A stretch of 64,000 bases of DNA from Octopus sinensis (taxonomy: Eukaryota). Location of the stretch: assembly GCF_006345805.1 (NCBI RefSeq), contig NC_043001.1:62062001-62126000 (forward strand), written 5' to 3'. The notes below the pieces were generated by a model, which had not been told where the DNA came from, did no database searches, and worked only from the letters and a program-made list of their open reading frames with translations. A program made the translations under genes and the position numbers. Positions 47,490-60,579 of this stretch are shown here, in pieces. Each line of letters opens with the position of its first letter. Within the stretch, counting starts at the first letter, position 1.

Positions 47490-49935
47490 ATTAGCAGATC
47501 TTTATATTTTCCGAGCTTACAAAATTCTTTTGCAGAGACGTTATGGTCACAGGGTGACGATGTGCCGGTATATTAGAGAAAACCAGGATTAAGCACCCCA
47601 ACACCCTTAGGCACATTGATCGACGCAAACTCAAAGCTGAAACAAAAAAAATGGATTCGACTCTTGGGCTACTCCAGACGAAAAATATAACTGAAACTAA
47701 CAAGATTATTTGGGTTGCAGCTATGGTTGCTGCAGATAAAGTTGGATACAAAAGAAAAGAACAAACAGAACGTAAAAAACTATTCTGGCGTAGACGAATT
47801 TGTGAGAAACAAAAAAAGTTAAAAAGACATTTAGGACAAGTTGATAGATTGAGAAGAGGGGAATTGAAGAACGAAAGCATAAGAAAAATGCTGAAATGAA
47901 CATATAGAATAAGAGATAAAGGTTATGATATGATATTGGAAGAATTGAAACAAAGAGTAGTAGCAATCAAAGCAAAACTGGAAAGATATGACAATAGAAA
48001 AAGACACTTCAGGAAAAACAGATTGTTTGAAACAAATCAGAAGAAACTGTTTCAGGAACTAGATGGGCAAATACGCATAACAATGATACTAGTTGCAGAG
48101 GAAAGCAAAGCATTCTGGAGAGGGATCTGGGACCAACCTGTAAAACATAATGATGAAGCGGAGTGGCTACATGAAATCCAAGATAGGTTAAGAAATATAG
48201 AAGTCCAAGAAGACATAAAGATAACTACAGAAATGATAAAAAAAGCAGTTAAGAAAATCCCAAAATTGGACGAGCCCAGGACCGGATGAGGACAAAGGTT
48301 ATTGGATGAAGAAACTGAGAGGACTCCCTGAAAGGATAGCAAGATGAATGCTTGCATGAAGGTGCAGTACCCAGCTGTATGGCAAAGGGAAAGACATCGT
48401 TATGTGCCAAGGATCCTGAAGAGGAAATGTTGCATCCAGCTTTAGACCAATGACATGCCTTCCCCTAATGTGGAAACTAACGTCAGGTGCTTTGGGCGAT
48501 GAACTGTACAGATACTTGGAAAAAAGTGGGCTGCTACCCATTGAACATAAAGGGTGCCGAAAAGGGAACCGGGGAACGAGGGATCAGCTCTTAATTGATA
48601 ATCTAATTATTGGGAACTGCAAGAGAAGATATACACACCTGAGCATGGTATGGGTTGACTATCGCAGAGCATACGATATGATACCTCACTCCTGGATAAT
48701 AAGAACAATGGAAATATATGGAATAGCAGAAAATATGAGAAGCCTTATATAGAATAGCGTGAAATGCTGGAGAACGGAATTGACAGAAGGGAAGCAAGTA
48801 CTAGGAGAGGTGAAAATGAAGAGAGGAATCTTCCAGGAGGATAGTGTGTCCGCACTGATATTCGTACTGGGAATGATCCCCTTTAGTGAAATACTACAGA
48901 AAACAAAGTTGGGGTATGATCCGGGAAGAGATAAGGGAAAACTTAATCTCTTGCTATTTATGAACGACCTGAAGCTATTCACAAAAAAACTGAGGCAGAA
49001 CTGATCAGCTTAGTCCAGTCTGTGCAGAATTTCTCCAATGATATTAAGATGGAGTTTGAACTCTCAAAATGTGCTGCAAAAAGGATATGAAGAAGAATTA
49101 CGCAGTCAATTCCATGTAGCCAGAACAGAAGTCGCTGGAAAAAATAGGTAAGATTGGCTGATGAAAAGAACACCAAAAAAAATAAATAAATAACTGGGAG
49201 TACTATACTGGCAACGCAAGACCAAGCTTTGGCCACGAACTGGAGGGTCAACCTAAGGAATGAGCAAGTGTCTCCGCGATGCTGCATCTGCAATAGATGA
49301 AACCATTGATGAAACCATTGCCCATATCACGAACGAATAGCCTAGACTAACTTAAAACCACTACAAGTTGTGACGACGCGACCAGGTGCACGACAGTGCT
49401 GTGTTAGAAACTGTGCGAAATTGGGGGCTAGAGAGAGTAAGACGTGGTATGAGAACAGACCACAGAGAGTGACGGAGTCGGAGACAAGCAAAATTCTCAG
49501 GGATTTCCCAATCCAAACATATCAGGTGCTAGAGCATAACAGGCCAGACCTAGTGGTAGTGGACAAGGTGCACCACATAAGCTATATAGTTGATGTTGCA
49601 TGCTCCTTTGATCCACGAAAATCAAGAAGGAAGGCGAAAAGATAGATAGATACAATCCTCTTAAGTACGAAATAGCCCGGCTAGAGAAAATGAAGAAGGT
49701 GAAGATAGCGCTAATTATTGTTGGGTTCTTGGGAATAGTATCAGGAGGCATCAAGAGGAATATAAAGGAAATTTGAATAGAGTGTCCAGTAGAACTGTTA
49801 CAAAAGGTTTGCCTCCTTGGCACGGCCAGAATAATCAGGAAAGTATCAGATAGCTGAAAGAACAGATGGCTTGGTACGGTAGGTTGCAGGTAGTAAGCCT
49901 ACTACGCATGCAAGACTCCAGGAGCTCCAACAAAA
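47490..49935 (+). mobile_element. Degenerate R4/Dong-clade LINE with an internal deletion
   Basis: ITETNKIIWVAA; RLFETNQKKLF; MTCLPLMWKL; KGCRKGNRGTRDQLLID; GIFQEDSVSALIF; LLFMNDLKLF; DFPIQT...HNRPDLVVVD. Confidence 0.9.
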
Positions 49936-49939
49936 CAAG

Positions 49940-51757
49940 TGATTAAAAGAAATATAGTTTTTTTAATAGAAATTGGCATATTCCCTAATGAGCAAAAAGG
50001 ATGCAAACGTGAGTCCTATGGTTGTAAAGATCAACTACTCATCAATAAGATTATTTGGAAGATTGTCACAAACGACACAAAAGCCTTTTGCAAAAAATTA
50101 CCAACAACTGCAGAGCTTACTAGCGATTGTTAAACAATTTAGTGATGACATCAGGATGCAACTTGGCCTCGATAAATGTGCAAAAGCTATATTTATCAAA
50201 AGGAAAATGACAGAAAGATCCAAAGTTAATCTTGACCGGCCACATGTTATAAAGGAGTTAGAACGAGCGGAGAGCTACAAATACCTAGGGGATTTGAAGG
50301 GGACGAAATCAAACGTTCAGTGATGAGGGAAAGGATTAGAAGAGAATGTTATCACAGGGTAAAGGCAATACTCAAGACAGAGCTGAGTGCATGAAGCAGG
50401 ATCGAAGCGATCAATACTTTAGTCATACCGGTGGTGACTTACTGTTTCAATTTCATTAACTGTAATCTTGACAGAAAAATATGAAAATTGTTGACAATGA
50501 TAGACTGCACCAACCTAAGGCAGATATAGAACGACTTTACCTGCCAAGAAAAGAGGCTGGCCGTGGACTTTTACAACTGGAATTAACAATGAAGATTGCC
50601 ACAATTGACCTACATATCTACCTGAAAAACTATGATGGCGGGATGTAACATCATACTCAGTAACAAAAACAGGCAAAGGAATATCTAAGTGAATTCCAAA
50701 TACAATAAATTCCAGTATTAGACGTACTAGAAACAAGCACAGAAAATGCTAAGCGTATGAAAACCCTTGCTAAAACTGCTGCCTTAGATATTCTTACTGA
50801 TAAATGGCAAGAAAAACCTCTCAATGGCAAATACCCAAAGAGAGCAAATAGTGCCGATGTTGACAAAGCCCCTACCCATCAATGGTAAGTGTGTTCAGGC
50901 TTAAAACCAGAAAGAGAAGGGTTTATCATAGCAGCCCAAGAGCGATGCCTACCTACAAATAACTACCAACGTATTAAAGAACGGCAGTAGTCCAACATGT
51001 TGTGTATGTCAACAACAAAATGAAACCATTGATTATGTTGTCTCAATGTGTAGTCTTCTTGCGCCTACAGAGTATCTCAACAGGCGTGATAGAGCAGAAC
51101 AACACTGGGTAAAATGCAAAAACCTGAACCTGCCCCATGAGAAAATCTGGTGGGAACACAAACCACTTCCAGTGCTTGAAAATGATCACATCTCACTCCT
51201 CTGAAACTTCACCATTCAAACTGACAGAAAGATAGATGGGAATAGGCCAGACATTATATTGAAAGACTTCAGACAAAAATCATGCTTCCTCATTGATATG
51301 ACTGTCCCAATCGACATAAATGTATCTGTCAAGACCTCCCAAAAACTGAGAAAGTAAAAAGATCTTGAAATTGGCAAAATGTGGAACCTCAAGACTAAAA
51401 CAATACCAGTTGTCATAGGTACCCTAGGAAAGATAGCAAAAGGAGCTGATTGCTACCTAGCTCAGATATCAGGAAACCCCCAAATGGCAGAAATTGAAAA
51501 GATTGTGCTCATGGGAACTGCCCATATCCTACGTAAAAATACTGTTTATGTAATCTCAAATTTTAAAACAAACTCATATTTTTCTTATGTATTCTTAAAC
51601 ATTCTCTAGAACAATACTATGTGCAAAACGAAATATATGACACCCTAGGCATAACACCATTATGAACTTCTAACTTGTTGTCTCTTGAGGCCTCTGGGTG
51701 AGACTTGGAGTCAACTTGTACAAATTCAAAGCAAAAGTCAAACATATAATAATAATG

Positions 51758-51815
<58 letters not shown>
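49940..51815 (+). mobile_element. Degenerate R4/Dong-clade LINE, 3' part, with (AAT)n tail
   Basis: EQKGCKRESYGCKDQLLINK; DDIRMQLGLDKC; WNLKTKTIPVVIGTLG...KIVLMGTAHILRK; tail at about 51748-51815. Confidence 0.9.
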
Positions 51816-51817
<2 letters not shown>

Positions 51818-52274
51818 GGCTACAGCAAATATTCTGCTCAATACCACAGTTTTGCTTGTCAGTTGTTTGACCTTAACCAGTTGAGCATGTCCCTTAGTGG
51901 CTGACGATATGTGCATCTCTGATCACGAGCAGAAGTAGTGGGGGAGCATCATAGCCATGTGTTGAGAAGGATTCTTTGGGGTTTGAATAATTCAGCTCTG
52001 GAAACATGGGTGTTTCGTTCAACATCCTTAAACAAGCCTTATTCAGGGACCTTTTGAGCGGGATGGGTTACTCGATCTGAAGAAAATTCTAACTGGGCTC
52101 CACCTGCAAGGTCATGTGCTGTTTATCTTGATATGAGATCACCATGTCGCGCACATATGGTTGTGATGCATGTGCCTGGTGTACCCTTATCAGACGGGTA
52201 GTCATGATGGGTATACTGGGCTTCGTATATTTTACCCCAGTGTCACTTCGATGGCATGCTCTGCTCGCTCACTC

Positions 52275-52322
<48 letters not shown>
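51815..52322. mobile_element. Unclassified non-coding element X, copy 1 (shorter), embedded in (AAT)n
   Basis: Highly similar to 52714-53180; no ORF and no tRNA head recognised. Confidence 0.75.
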
Positions 52323-52323
<1 letters not shown>

Positions 52324-52384
52324 TAATCTCAAGGTTTAAAACAAACATAATTTTCGGTTTAAAAAAAAAAAAAAAACCCCTTTT

Positions 52385-52539
52385 TTTTTTAGACATTCAT
52401 TAGTACAACATCCCCACCCCCCAAATATATGGCACACTAGGCATAACAACAACATGAACTTCCAACCCTGTTGTCTCTTGAGGTCTCTGGGTGAGACTTG
52501 GAGCCAACTTGTACAAATATAAAGCAAAAGTCAAACATA

Positions 52540-52603
<64 letters not shown>

Positions 52604-52617
52604 TAATAATAATAATA
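52385..52617 (+). mobile_element. R4/Dong 3' UTR fragment with (AAT)n
   Basis: Homologous to 51620-51750 (ctctgggtgagacttggag...aaagcaaaagtcaaacata). Confidence 0.8.
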
Positions 52618-53180
52618 AATGCCCTTATGCAGTACCAGGCAGTGGCTCTCATGGCTTCTGATCTTAACTGATTGGAAGTGTTATCATGTACATTGTTTTG
52701 TCTTGGTATAAAAGATGGGCTACAGCAAATATTCTGCTCAATACCACAGTTTTGCTTGTCAGTTGTTTGACCTTAACCAGTTGACCATGTCCCTTAGTGG
52801 CTGACGATATGTGCATCTCTGATCACGAGCAGAAGTAGTGGGGGAGCATCATAGCCATGTGTTGAGGAGGATTCTTTGGGGTTTGAATAATTCACCTCTG
52901 GAAACATGGGTGTTTCGTTCAACGTCCTTAAACAACCCTTATTCAAGAACCTTTTGAGCGGGATGGGTTACTCGATCTGAAGAAAATTCTAACTGGGCTC
53001 CACCTACAAGGTCATGTGCTGTTTATCTTGATATGAGATCACCATGTCGCGCACATATGGTTGTGATGCATGTGCCTGGTGTACCCTTGTCAGACGGGTA
53101 GTCATGATGGGTATACTGGGCTTCGTATATTTTACCCCAGTGTCACTTTGATGGCATGCTCTGCTCGCTCACTCAATAAA

Positions 53181-53250
<70 letters not shown>
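52618..53250. mobile_element. Unclassified non-coding element X, copy 2 (~560 bp), embedded in (AAT)n
   Basis: aatgcccttatgcagtaccaggc...ctcgctcactcaat with (AAT)n on both sides. Confidence 0.78.
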
Positions 53251-53277
<27 letters not shown>

Positions 53278-53479
53278 CAACAACAACAATAATAATAATA
53301 ATAACAACAGCAACAACAACAACAATAATAATAATAATTAGTGATTGTGTCACTAATAAAAACACTGGTAATTGCGCAGCCTGATAATCATTACCTCATA
53401 TGAGTGACAATGAAAAAACAAAATATTGAGAATAACGGTGGTAATGAAACTGAAGTCATTGATGGTGACAGTGTTGCAC

Positions 53480-53638
53480 CCGGCAGGCTCAGAGGGCGGA
53501 GCACTTGCAGAAAACAGCACTGCTTGGAACCATTCGAATACTCCAGATACTCAAAAGATAAGAGGTGTTACCTTAATTCACTGGTAGTGAACAGCTGACA
53601 CCGTAGTACATCTCCAGCGTTAGAAGCTGTGCAAACGC

Positions 53639-53700
<62 letters not shown>

Positions 53701-53745
53701 TAATAATAATAATAATAACAACAACAACAACAATAACAATAATAC
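53480..53745 (+). mobile_element. R4/Dong 3' terminal fragment (another subfamily) with (AAT)n
   Basis: LQKTALLGTIRIL C-terminal motif followed by a short UTR and (aat)n. Confidence 0.7.
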
Positions 53746-53749
53746 TGAT

Positions 53750-54175
53750 TTCTTTATTAACCACAAGGGTTTACATTAAGAAAAATATTATGGACAGCAT
53801 AGGACAAAACAAAGAATGTGTGTGTGCGTGTGTGTGTGTTAGTGTGTGTTAGTGGATGTTGTTGTGAGGGTTTTGCGTGTAAACAAGAATAACAACATTT
53901 AAAAGGAAAAAAGAAAGAAAATCAACAATGTAATCCTCAATAGGGAGGAGAGTTTTGAGGGCTGCTCATGGAAAAACCCCATAAAAATACCATTCTACTA
54001 AAGACACAACGCCTGAAATTTTGGTGGAGGGGTAACTCGATCACATCGACCCCAGTGCACAACTGGTACTTAATTTATCGACCCCGAAACGATAAAAGGC
54101 AAAGCTGACCTCGGCGACGGACGAAATGCCGCTAAGCATTTCACCCAGTGTGCTAATGAATCTGCTACTTCGCTG
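53750..54175 (-). mobile_element. SINE family B
   Basis: catcgaccccagtgcacaactggtacttaatttatcgaccccgaaacgataaaaggcaaag, as at 8345-8410. Confidence 0.75.
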
Positions 54176-54179
54176 CCTT

Positions 54180-54402
54180 AACAATGATGATGATGATGAT
54201 GACGACGACGACGACAACGATGATGGAGGAGAAGGAGGAGGGGGAGGAGGGGGGAGGGGAATGAGGGGGAGAAGGAGGAGGAGGGGGAGAAGGAGGAGGA
54301 GATGGAGAAGAAGAAGAAGAAGAAGAAGAAGAAGAAGAAGAAGAAGAAGAAGAAGAAGAAGAAGAAGAAGAAGAAGAAGAAGAAGAAGAAGAAGAAGAAG
54401 AA
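54180..54402. repeat. Compound (GAT)n/(GAC)n/(GGA)n/(AAG)n microsatellite
   Basis: Direct inspection. Confidence 0.95.
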
Positions 54403-55200
54403 GATCTCCTGCTGAGAGATGAGATTCTTTTTCTTCTGCCCAAGAAGTAAAAAAGAAGCCAAAAATCAAGGAGAAAAGCAACTAAGTACAAAATGGGAAG
54501 AAAGGGCAATGCGTGGAAAATATGCGAAAAGAATAAGATACACAGATGGCTCAGAGCAACAAGCCCTAAGCGAGAAACAGACGGTCTCATCATTACTGCA
54601 AAAGACCAGTGCCTTCGAACAAAGTCCGACCAACATAGAATAATAAAAATGGCATCGACCTTCAATGCAATATATGTAGCAAGTTCTAAGAAACAATTGA
54701 ACAACTTGCTTCTGATTGCCCAGAACTTAAGATGAAATACATCCAACAAAGCAGCAGTACACAAAGTCTGTAAAGAATATAACACCGAGAAATGGTGTAA
54801 CCATCAGGTAAAAACAATCATGAAAAATAGAACGCCACCATACTATTGGATATACCTTTTCGTACAGACCGGGAAATTACAGCAAAACGTCTGGACACTA
54901 TTATCAATGATAAGAAGGAAAAGAACTGCCTAATAATAGAAGTGGAAATACCATCAGAGAGAAATACAACCACAAAAGTACCGATAATTATCAAAATACA
55001 AAAGTTTAGAAATAGAAATAAACCGGATGTGGACAATGGACACTGTAATACTACCTATCGTTTATTGGTCTTTTATGCTTGTGAAAAAGAACTGAACAAA
55101 TTCACTAAAAAATTGCTTGGTATCGTCAACAACTATGAACACGAGGGAACAGCCCACATGCTCAGAAGGGTGATCTCCGTTAGATAGTAACACCATATAA
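54403..55200 (+). mobile_element. R4/Dong-clade LINE 3' remnant
   Basis: KWEERAMRGKY; ETDGLIITAKDQCLRT; DIPFRTDREITAKRLDTIINDKKEKNCLIIEVEIP; GTAHMLRRVI. Confidence 0.8.
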
Positions 55201-56058
55201 CTTTGGAACCCAAAGATCATTGATTAGATTCCTGCTCTATAAGGAAACAGCAATTACCCAAATTACAAGAAAAAGAAATATTTCTGCTCAGTTAAAGAAC
55301 TTCCAATCATAGAATTTTAAAATATTTCTTCTTGCATGATAACTAGGTTGTTGCTGTTACCCTGCTGTTATCAAATCCTGATCAAATGGGCATTTGGTCA
55401 AAAGAATTCTCCATCTGTTTTCAGGATTCTGAATTTCGTATTACAATATTCAATGTCGTCTTAGACAATTTTGACACTAGAGTGAGATTTGAGAGAAATT
55501 TTGCTGCTACTTCATGCTAGAAGTAACAATGTAGAAGGTGCCTTGTTAACTGTAAGACATCTGGTTGATACTAGCAGTTGAATTCAAGTTACGTTCAAAG
55601 TGATGTTACTCATATTTACTGAGAAACACAAGAAGTGATACAGTATTTTCATAAAAGGAAACGCACTTAAAAGACTTTTACTGAAGTAGCACTTTAGTGA
55701 GTTCTGCAACTCATTCCTAGAGAACATATATTTCCTTCGCTGGAACCCAATTAATGAATCATCATACCATTAAAACCAAAATGACAAATTCTCAGAGAAA
55801 CATATACATAAATAAAGACGCTTACACGCGTCTGTGTGTTTGTGGGGGATGGGCTGCATCAACCTGCAAATTACGCACATATTTGTGTAATCACGCCTTG
55901 CCAAACATAAGCTTCTATTATATGTATTTATGTATAAATGTGTGTGCGTGTATATATATATATATATATATGTATTATATATTACAGTACTATATTTAAG
56001 AGATGAGGAATTATGTACATTATCTACAATTGACGGATAATTACCTGATAATGCCCGT

Positions 56059-56305
<247 letters not shown>

Positions 56306-56321
56306 TCGAAATTCCCCCAAG

Positions 56322-56365
56322 ACACCTGATGTAGGCTGGAGGGTATATCAGTCGAAACGTTGTGT
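56322..56365 (+). ncRNA. Minimal type I hammerhead (one core substitution)
   Basis: acac-CTGATGT-a-ggctg[gagggtatat]cagtc-GAAAC-GTT-gtgt; A9 is T in this copy; GUU site. Confidence 0.7.
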
Positions 56366-56417
56366 TAACAACAAACAAGATGAGGACAAATATCTGTCAA
56401 TTGTAAATAATGTGTGT

Positions 56418-56482
<65 letters not shown>

Positions 56483-56484
<2 letters not shown>

Positions 56485-56686
56485 GCGAAGGAGTGGCTGT
56501 GTGGTAAGTAGCTTCCGGGTTCAGTCCCACTGCATGGCACCTTGGGCAAGTGTCTTCTACTATAGCCTCGGGCCGACCATAGCCTTTCCAGACGGAAACT
56601 GAAAGAAGCCCGTCGTATATATGTACGTGTGTTTGCCCCCCCCCCATCATCGCTTGACAACGGCAAAAGAGTAAAGAGAGAATATA
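56483..56686 (+). mobile_element. Internally deleted SINE family A
   Basis: aggcgaaggagtggctgtgtggtaagtagc...gaaactgaaagaagcccgtcg. Confidence 0.85.
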
Positions 56687-56695
56687 TGTGTGTGT

Positions 56696-57341
56696 GTGAA
56701 GTATATTTGCAACTTAAATGTAGCTAACCATTAAGGGTGGATGCTACTGTAGCTTGTAGCCCCAGGAGAACATCTGCAACTGGCTATTGACACACTTTCT
56801 CTGTCCTATCAGTATTTGCAAGGGGAAGCCATCCTTCCCATCGCCAACCTGACGTAATACCCACGGGGCCGAGTTTCTGGTTATTTACCCGTCGTCAGCG
56901 CATGACAATCACCGGTCTGCGATGCTAAGGGGTCCCAATGCAAATACATATCTCCTTTTTCCAGTGACGAAAAGTCACTGATCTAGAAAAAGTGTAAACA
57001 AGCAATAATAAATCTCAGAACGAGGTATAAACAGTAGCTGCACGACAATGTGAAGTATATTTGCAACTTAAATGTGACTAACCACTAAGTGTGGATGCTA
57101 TTGTAGCTTGTAGCCCCGGGTCCGTACATATCACGTCAGGTCTATGGGAAGGACGGTTTCTCTTTGCAAGTACTGATAGGGCACAGAAAGTGTGTCAATA
57201 GCCAGTTGGAGAAGATGTTCTCCTGGGCCTACAAGCTACAGTAACATCCACCCTTAGTGGTTAGCCACATTTAAGTTGCAAATATACTTCACATTGTTGT
57301 GCAGCTACTGTTTATACCTCGTTCAGAGATTAATTATTGCT

Positions 57342-57345
<4 letters not shown>
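56696..57345. mobile_element. ~354-bp non-coding unit: 1.2 copies minus-sense plus an inverted partial copy; hammerhead relic
   Basis: gtgaagtatatttgcaac at 56696 and 57050; inversion at about 57118; minus tgcg-CTGACGA-...-GAAAC at 56863-56902. Confidence 0.8.
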
Positions 57346-57394
<49 letters not shown>

Positions 57395-57398
<4 letters not shown>

Positions 57399-57666
57399 AT
57401 AAATATTAGGGAATAAATCCAAATTTACAGGGAAAAATCAGATTTATGATTGAATCCAATTTTATAGTAAAATATAATATAATATTAATTAGAGACAAAA
57501 CCACTATTATGAAAATCAAACAAAGAAAGACTTAATCCAATACATAAAAAATTTTATATAAATTAAATATAATTAAGATTAATTATATTTAATTTATATA
57601 ACATTTTTTATGGATTGGATTAATTCTTTCTTTGTTTGATTTGCATAATAGTCGTTTTGTCTCTAA

Positions 57667-57680
<14 letters not shown>
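57395..57680. repeat. Diverged fold-back of the AT-rich (AT)n-anchored family
   Basis: 57475-57580 is inverted at 57582-57680; same family as 58821-59270. Confidence 0.8.
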
Positions 57681-57712
<32 letters not shown>

Positions 57713-58079
57713 GTGTCTGAGGAGAGTCATTCTCTTTTAGTGCCTTATTATTTAACACACTGACCGGTTCGATTTCCACTCATTTATGCAGCACGGAATT
57801 TTTTCAGTGATCAGGTCGCGGGCTCAAAGCGAAGAAAATATTCTGGCAAATTAAATTTAAATGTTGAAGTGAATCTAACGGTTTTTGTGTGTTTCTTAAA
57901 TGGCTTAAAAATACCTTTCCCGCTGCAGTTGCTTACTTATTTATACTTATTTGCTTATTTATTTTTTCTAGAATTTTTCTAAAATTTTCGTTGCGTTTTG
58001 CAACCTTCTCCGTTATCAGAGCTGCGGTCTTTTTGCTTGTTTGTTCGTTTGTGCGCATGTGTGTGCGTCAGTGTGCTTG

Positions 58080-58562
58080 TGTATACATATACGCATGTAT
58101 GTATACATATGCAAGTATGTATGTATGTGTGTATGTATGTATGTGATATATTGAGTATTGTATGTATGTACATGTAAGTATGTGTGTGCATATGTGTATG
58201 TGTGTATGTGTGTGTATATATGTGTGTATATATGTATATGTATGTATGTGTGTATGTATGTGTATATATATATGTATATATATATACATACAATACTCAA
58301 TATATACACATACACCTATATATATATCACATGCATACATACATACAAACATACATACATATATATACATATACATACACATATACATACATATATACAC
58401 ACATATATACACACACATACACACATACACATATGCACACACATACATACATGTACATACATACAATACTCAATATATACACATACACCTATATACACAC
58501 ACCCACACACACACACATAAATAAATGTATATACATATACATATATATACACGCACTTCAAC

Positions 58563-58624
<62 letters not shown>

Positions 58625-58779
58625 GAGAATGTGTGTCTGTCCGTATATATGTATGAATGTGTGCATTACTAAAACTCATATATATATATGTTTATTTACA
58701 TATATATATGTATATATACATATATGTATATATATGTATATATACATATATATATGTATATACATATATATATATTATA

Positions 58780-58820
<41 letters not shown>
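58080..58820. repeat. Compound (GT/AT/AC/AG) microsatellite block with an internal inversion
   Basis: atattgagtattgtatg at about 58150 versus catacaatactcaatat at about 58285 and 58460. Confidence 0.85.
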
Positions 58821-58831
<11 letters not shown>

Positions 58832-58924
58832 TTAGAGACAAAACCACTATTATGCAAATCAAACAAAGAAAGACTTAATCCAATACATAAAAAAATTTAT
58901 ATAAATTAAATAAAATTAAATTCG

Positions 58925-58970
58925 CCACTACAATTGTTTCGTGTCTCTTCTAAGGGCATTCATCAGGTGG
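58925..58970 (-). ncRNA. Hammerhead motif (mirror copy)
   Basis: Reverse complement of 59042-59087. Confidence 0.72.
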
Positions 58971-59041
58971 TATTCAGATCTTCTATTCAATTTTAAGTTA
59001 TGAAGTCTTCATAACTTAAGATTGAATAGAAGATCTGAATA

Positions 59042-59087
59042 CCACCTGATGAATGCCCTTAGAAGAGACACGAAACAATTGTAGTGG
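59042..59087 (+). ncRNA. Minimal type I hammerhead, imperfect stem II
   Basis: ccac-CTGATGA-atgcccttagaagagacac-GAAAC-AATT-GTA-gtgg; palindromic AATT loop III. Confidence 0.72.
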
Positions 59088-59269
59088 CGAATTTAATTTT
59101 ATTTAATTTATATAAATTTTTTTATGTATTGGATTAAGTCTTTCTTTGTTTGATTTGCATAATAGTGGTTTTGTCTCTAATTAATATTATATAATATTTT
59201 ACTATAAATTGGATTCAGTCCTAAATCTGATTTTACCCTGTAAATTTGGATTTATTCCCTAATATTTAT

Positions 59270-59316
<47 letters not shown>

Positions 59317-59325
59317 TGTGTATAT

Positions 59326-59503
59326 TAAAAAAAGAAAATACGTACACTTACATGGTTATAATATAATTTTTAATATATCGACCGGTTTCGCAATCGCTAT
59401 TCATGATATAAATAAACTTTATATCATGAATAGCGATTGCGAAACCGGTCGATATATTAAAAATTATATTATAACCATGTCAGTGTACGTATTTTCCTTT
59501 TTT
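59326..59503. repeat. ~160-180 bp palindrome (5-nt spacer at 59413-59417) with a core-deleted hammerhead
   Basis: tatatc-ATGA-atagcgattgc-GAAACCGGTC-gatata; CUG missing. Confidence 0.85.
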
Positions 59504-59524
59504 GATTTCTTATATATATATATA

Positions 59525-59569
<45 letters not shown>

Positions 59570-59573
<4 letters not shown>

Positions 59574-59703
59574 AGAATCCACAAAAAAACAAAAGACGAA
59601 GACAGGTGGCGTAGACAACAAGCAGATATAGTAGTATAACGCTCGGGAAGTGAAAAAGTCTTTACTGTTTCGAGCCTACGCTCTTCCACAGAAAGGAACA
59701 CAG

Positions 59704-59706
<3 letters not shown>
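59570..59706 (-). repeat. Repeat tail with an HHR-like relic, 3' end at (AT)n
   Basis: Reverse homolog of 26200-26345. Confidence 0.7.
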
Positions 59707-59764
<58 letters not shown>

Positions 59765-59784
59765 TATATATATATATACATACA

Positions 59785-59821
<37 letters not shown>

Positions 59822-59947
59822 AAATAAGGCAAATAAGAAAATGAAGAGGATATAAAATCGATAAACATCAGTCTAAACATTCCATGATATCTATTTAACG
59901 TGTGTTAAGTGGTACAAGTAATCGAATGAGATCAGCTAATAAATACG

Positions 59948-60058
<111 letters not shown>

Positions 60059-60109
60059 GTATGAGTAACTGATGAGTGAACAGATAGAAAGATAGGAATT
60101 TGTATCTGT

Positions 60110-60495
60110 ACATTCATCTATCATTATTCATTTTCCCCCCTCTCACATTTCCTTGCCTTTCTTATTCACTTTTCACTTCACTATGTCCCTGTCATTTTTC
60201 TCGCTCCTCCTTAATTCTTCTGTCCTTCTGCTTCTACACTCTCTCTCTCTCTCTCTCTCTCTTTTCCCCCTCCTTAATTCTTTTGTTCCTCTTTTTCTCT
60301 GTCTTCTCTTTTCACGTGACCGAAAGGCCAGACTGCTAGCCTTCTTTTTGCGTCTGACTGTGGTCACTGACACATCAATTTTCTTCCCTGTGTTTGTGAA
60401 AGTTTTGTTTCTCTGCCGTAAGGCTTCATTTCCACACACGCCAGCTGAATTCAATTCGTCTCCAGTCGAAAGACACCTGTTGTTATGTCCTGTTG

Positions 60496-60579
<84 letters not shown>

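Larger units (their letters stand above)
58821..59270. mobile_element. 371-bp near-perfect palindrome (58821-59191, centre 59006) with two mirror hammerheads; the right arm extends to (AT)n
   Basis: 185-bp arms with one mismatch seen and a 1-nt spacer. Confidence 0.92.

Noticed and set aside
52618-52760. Element X 5' end as an snRNA or rRNA-derived head
   Set aside because: No match to U1, U2, U6, 5S or 28S sequences that I can recognise
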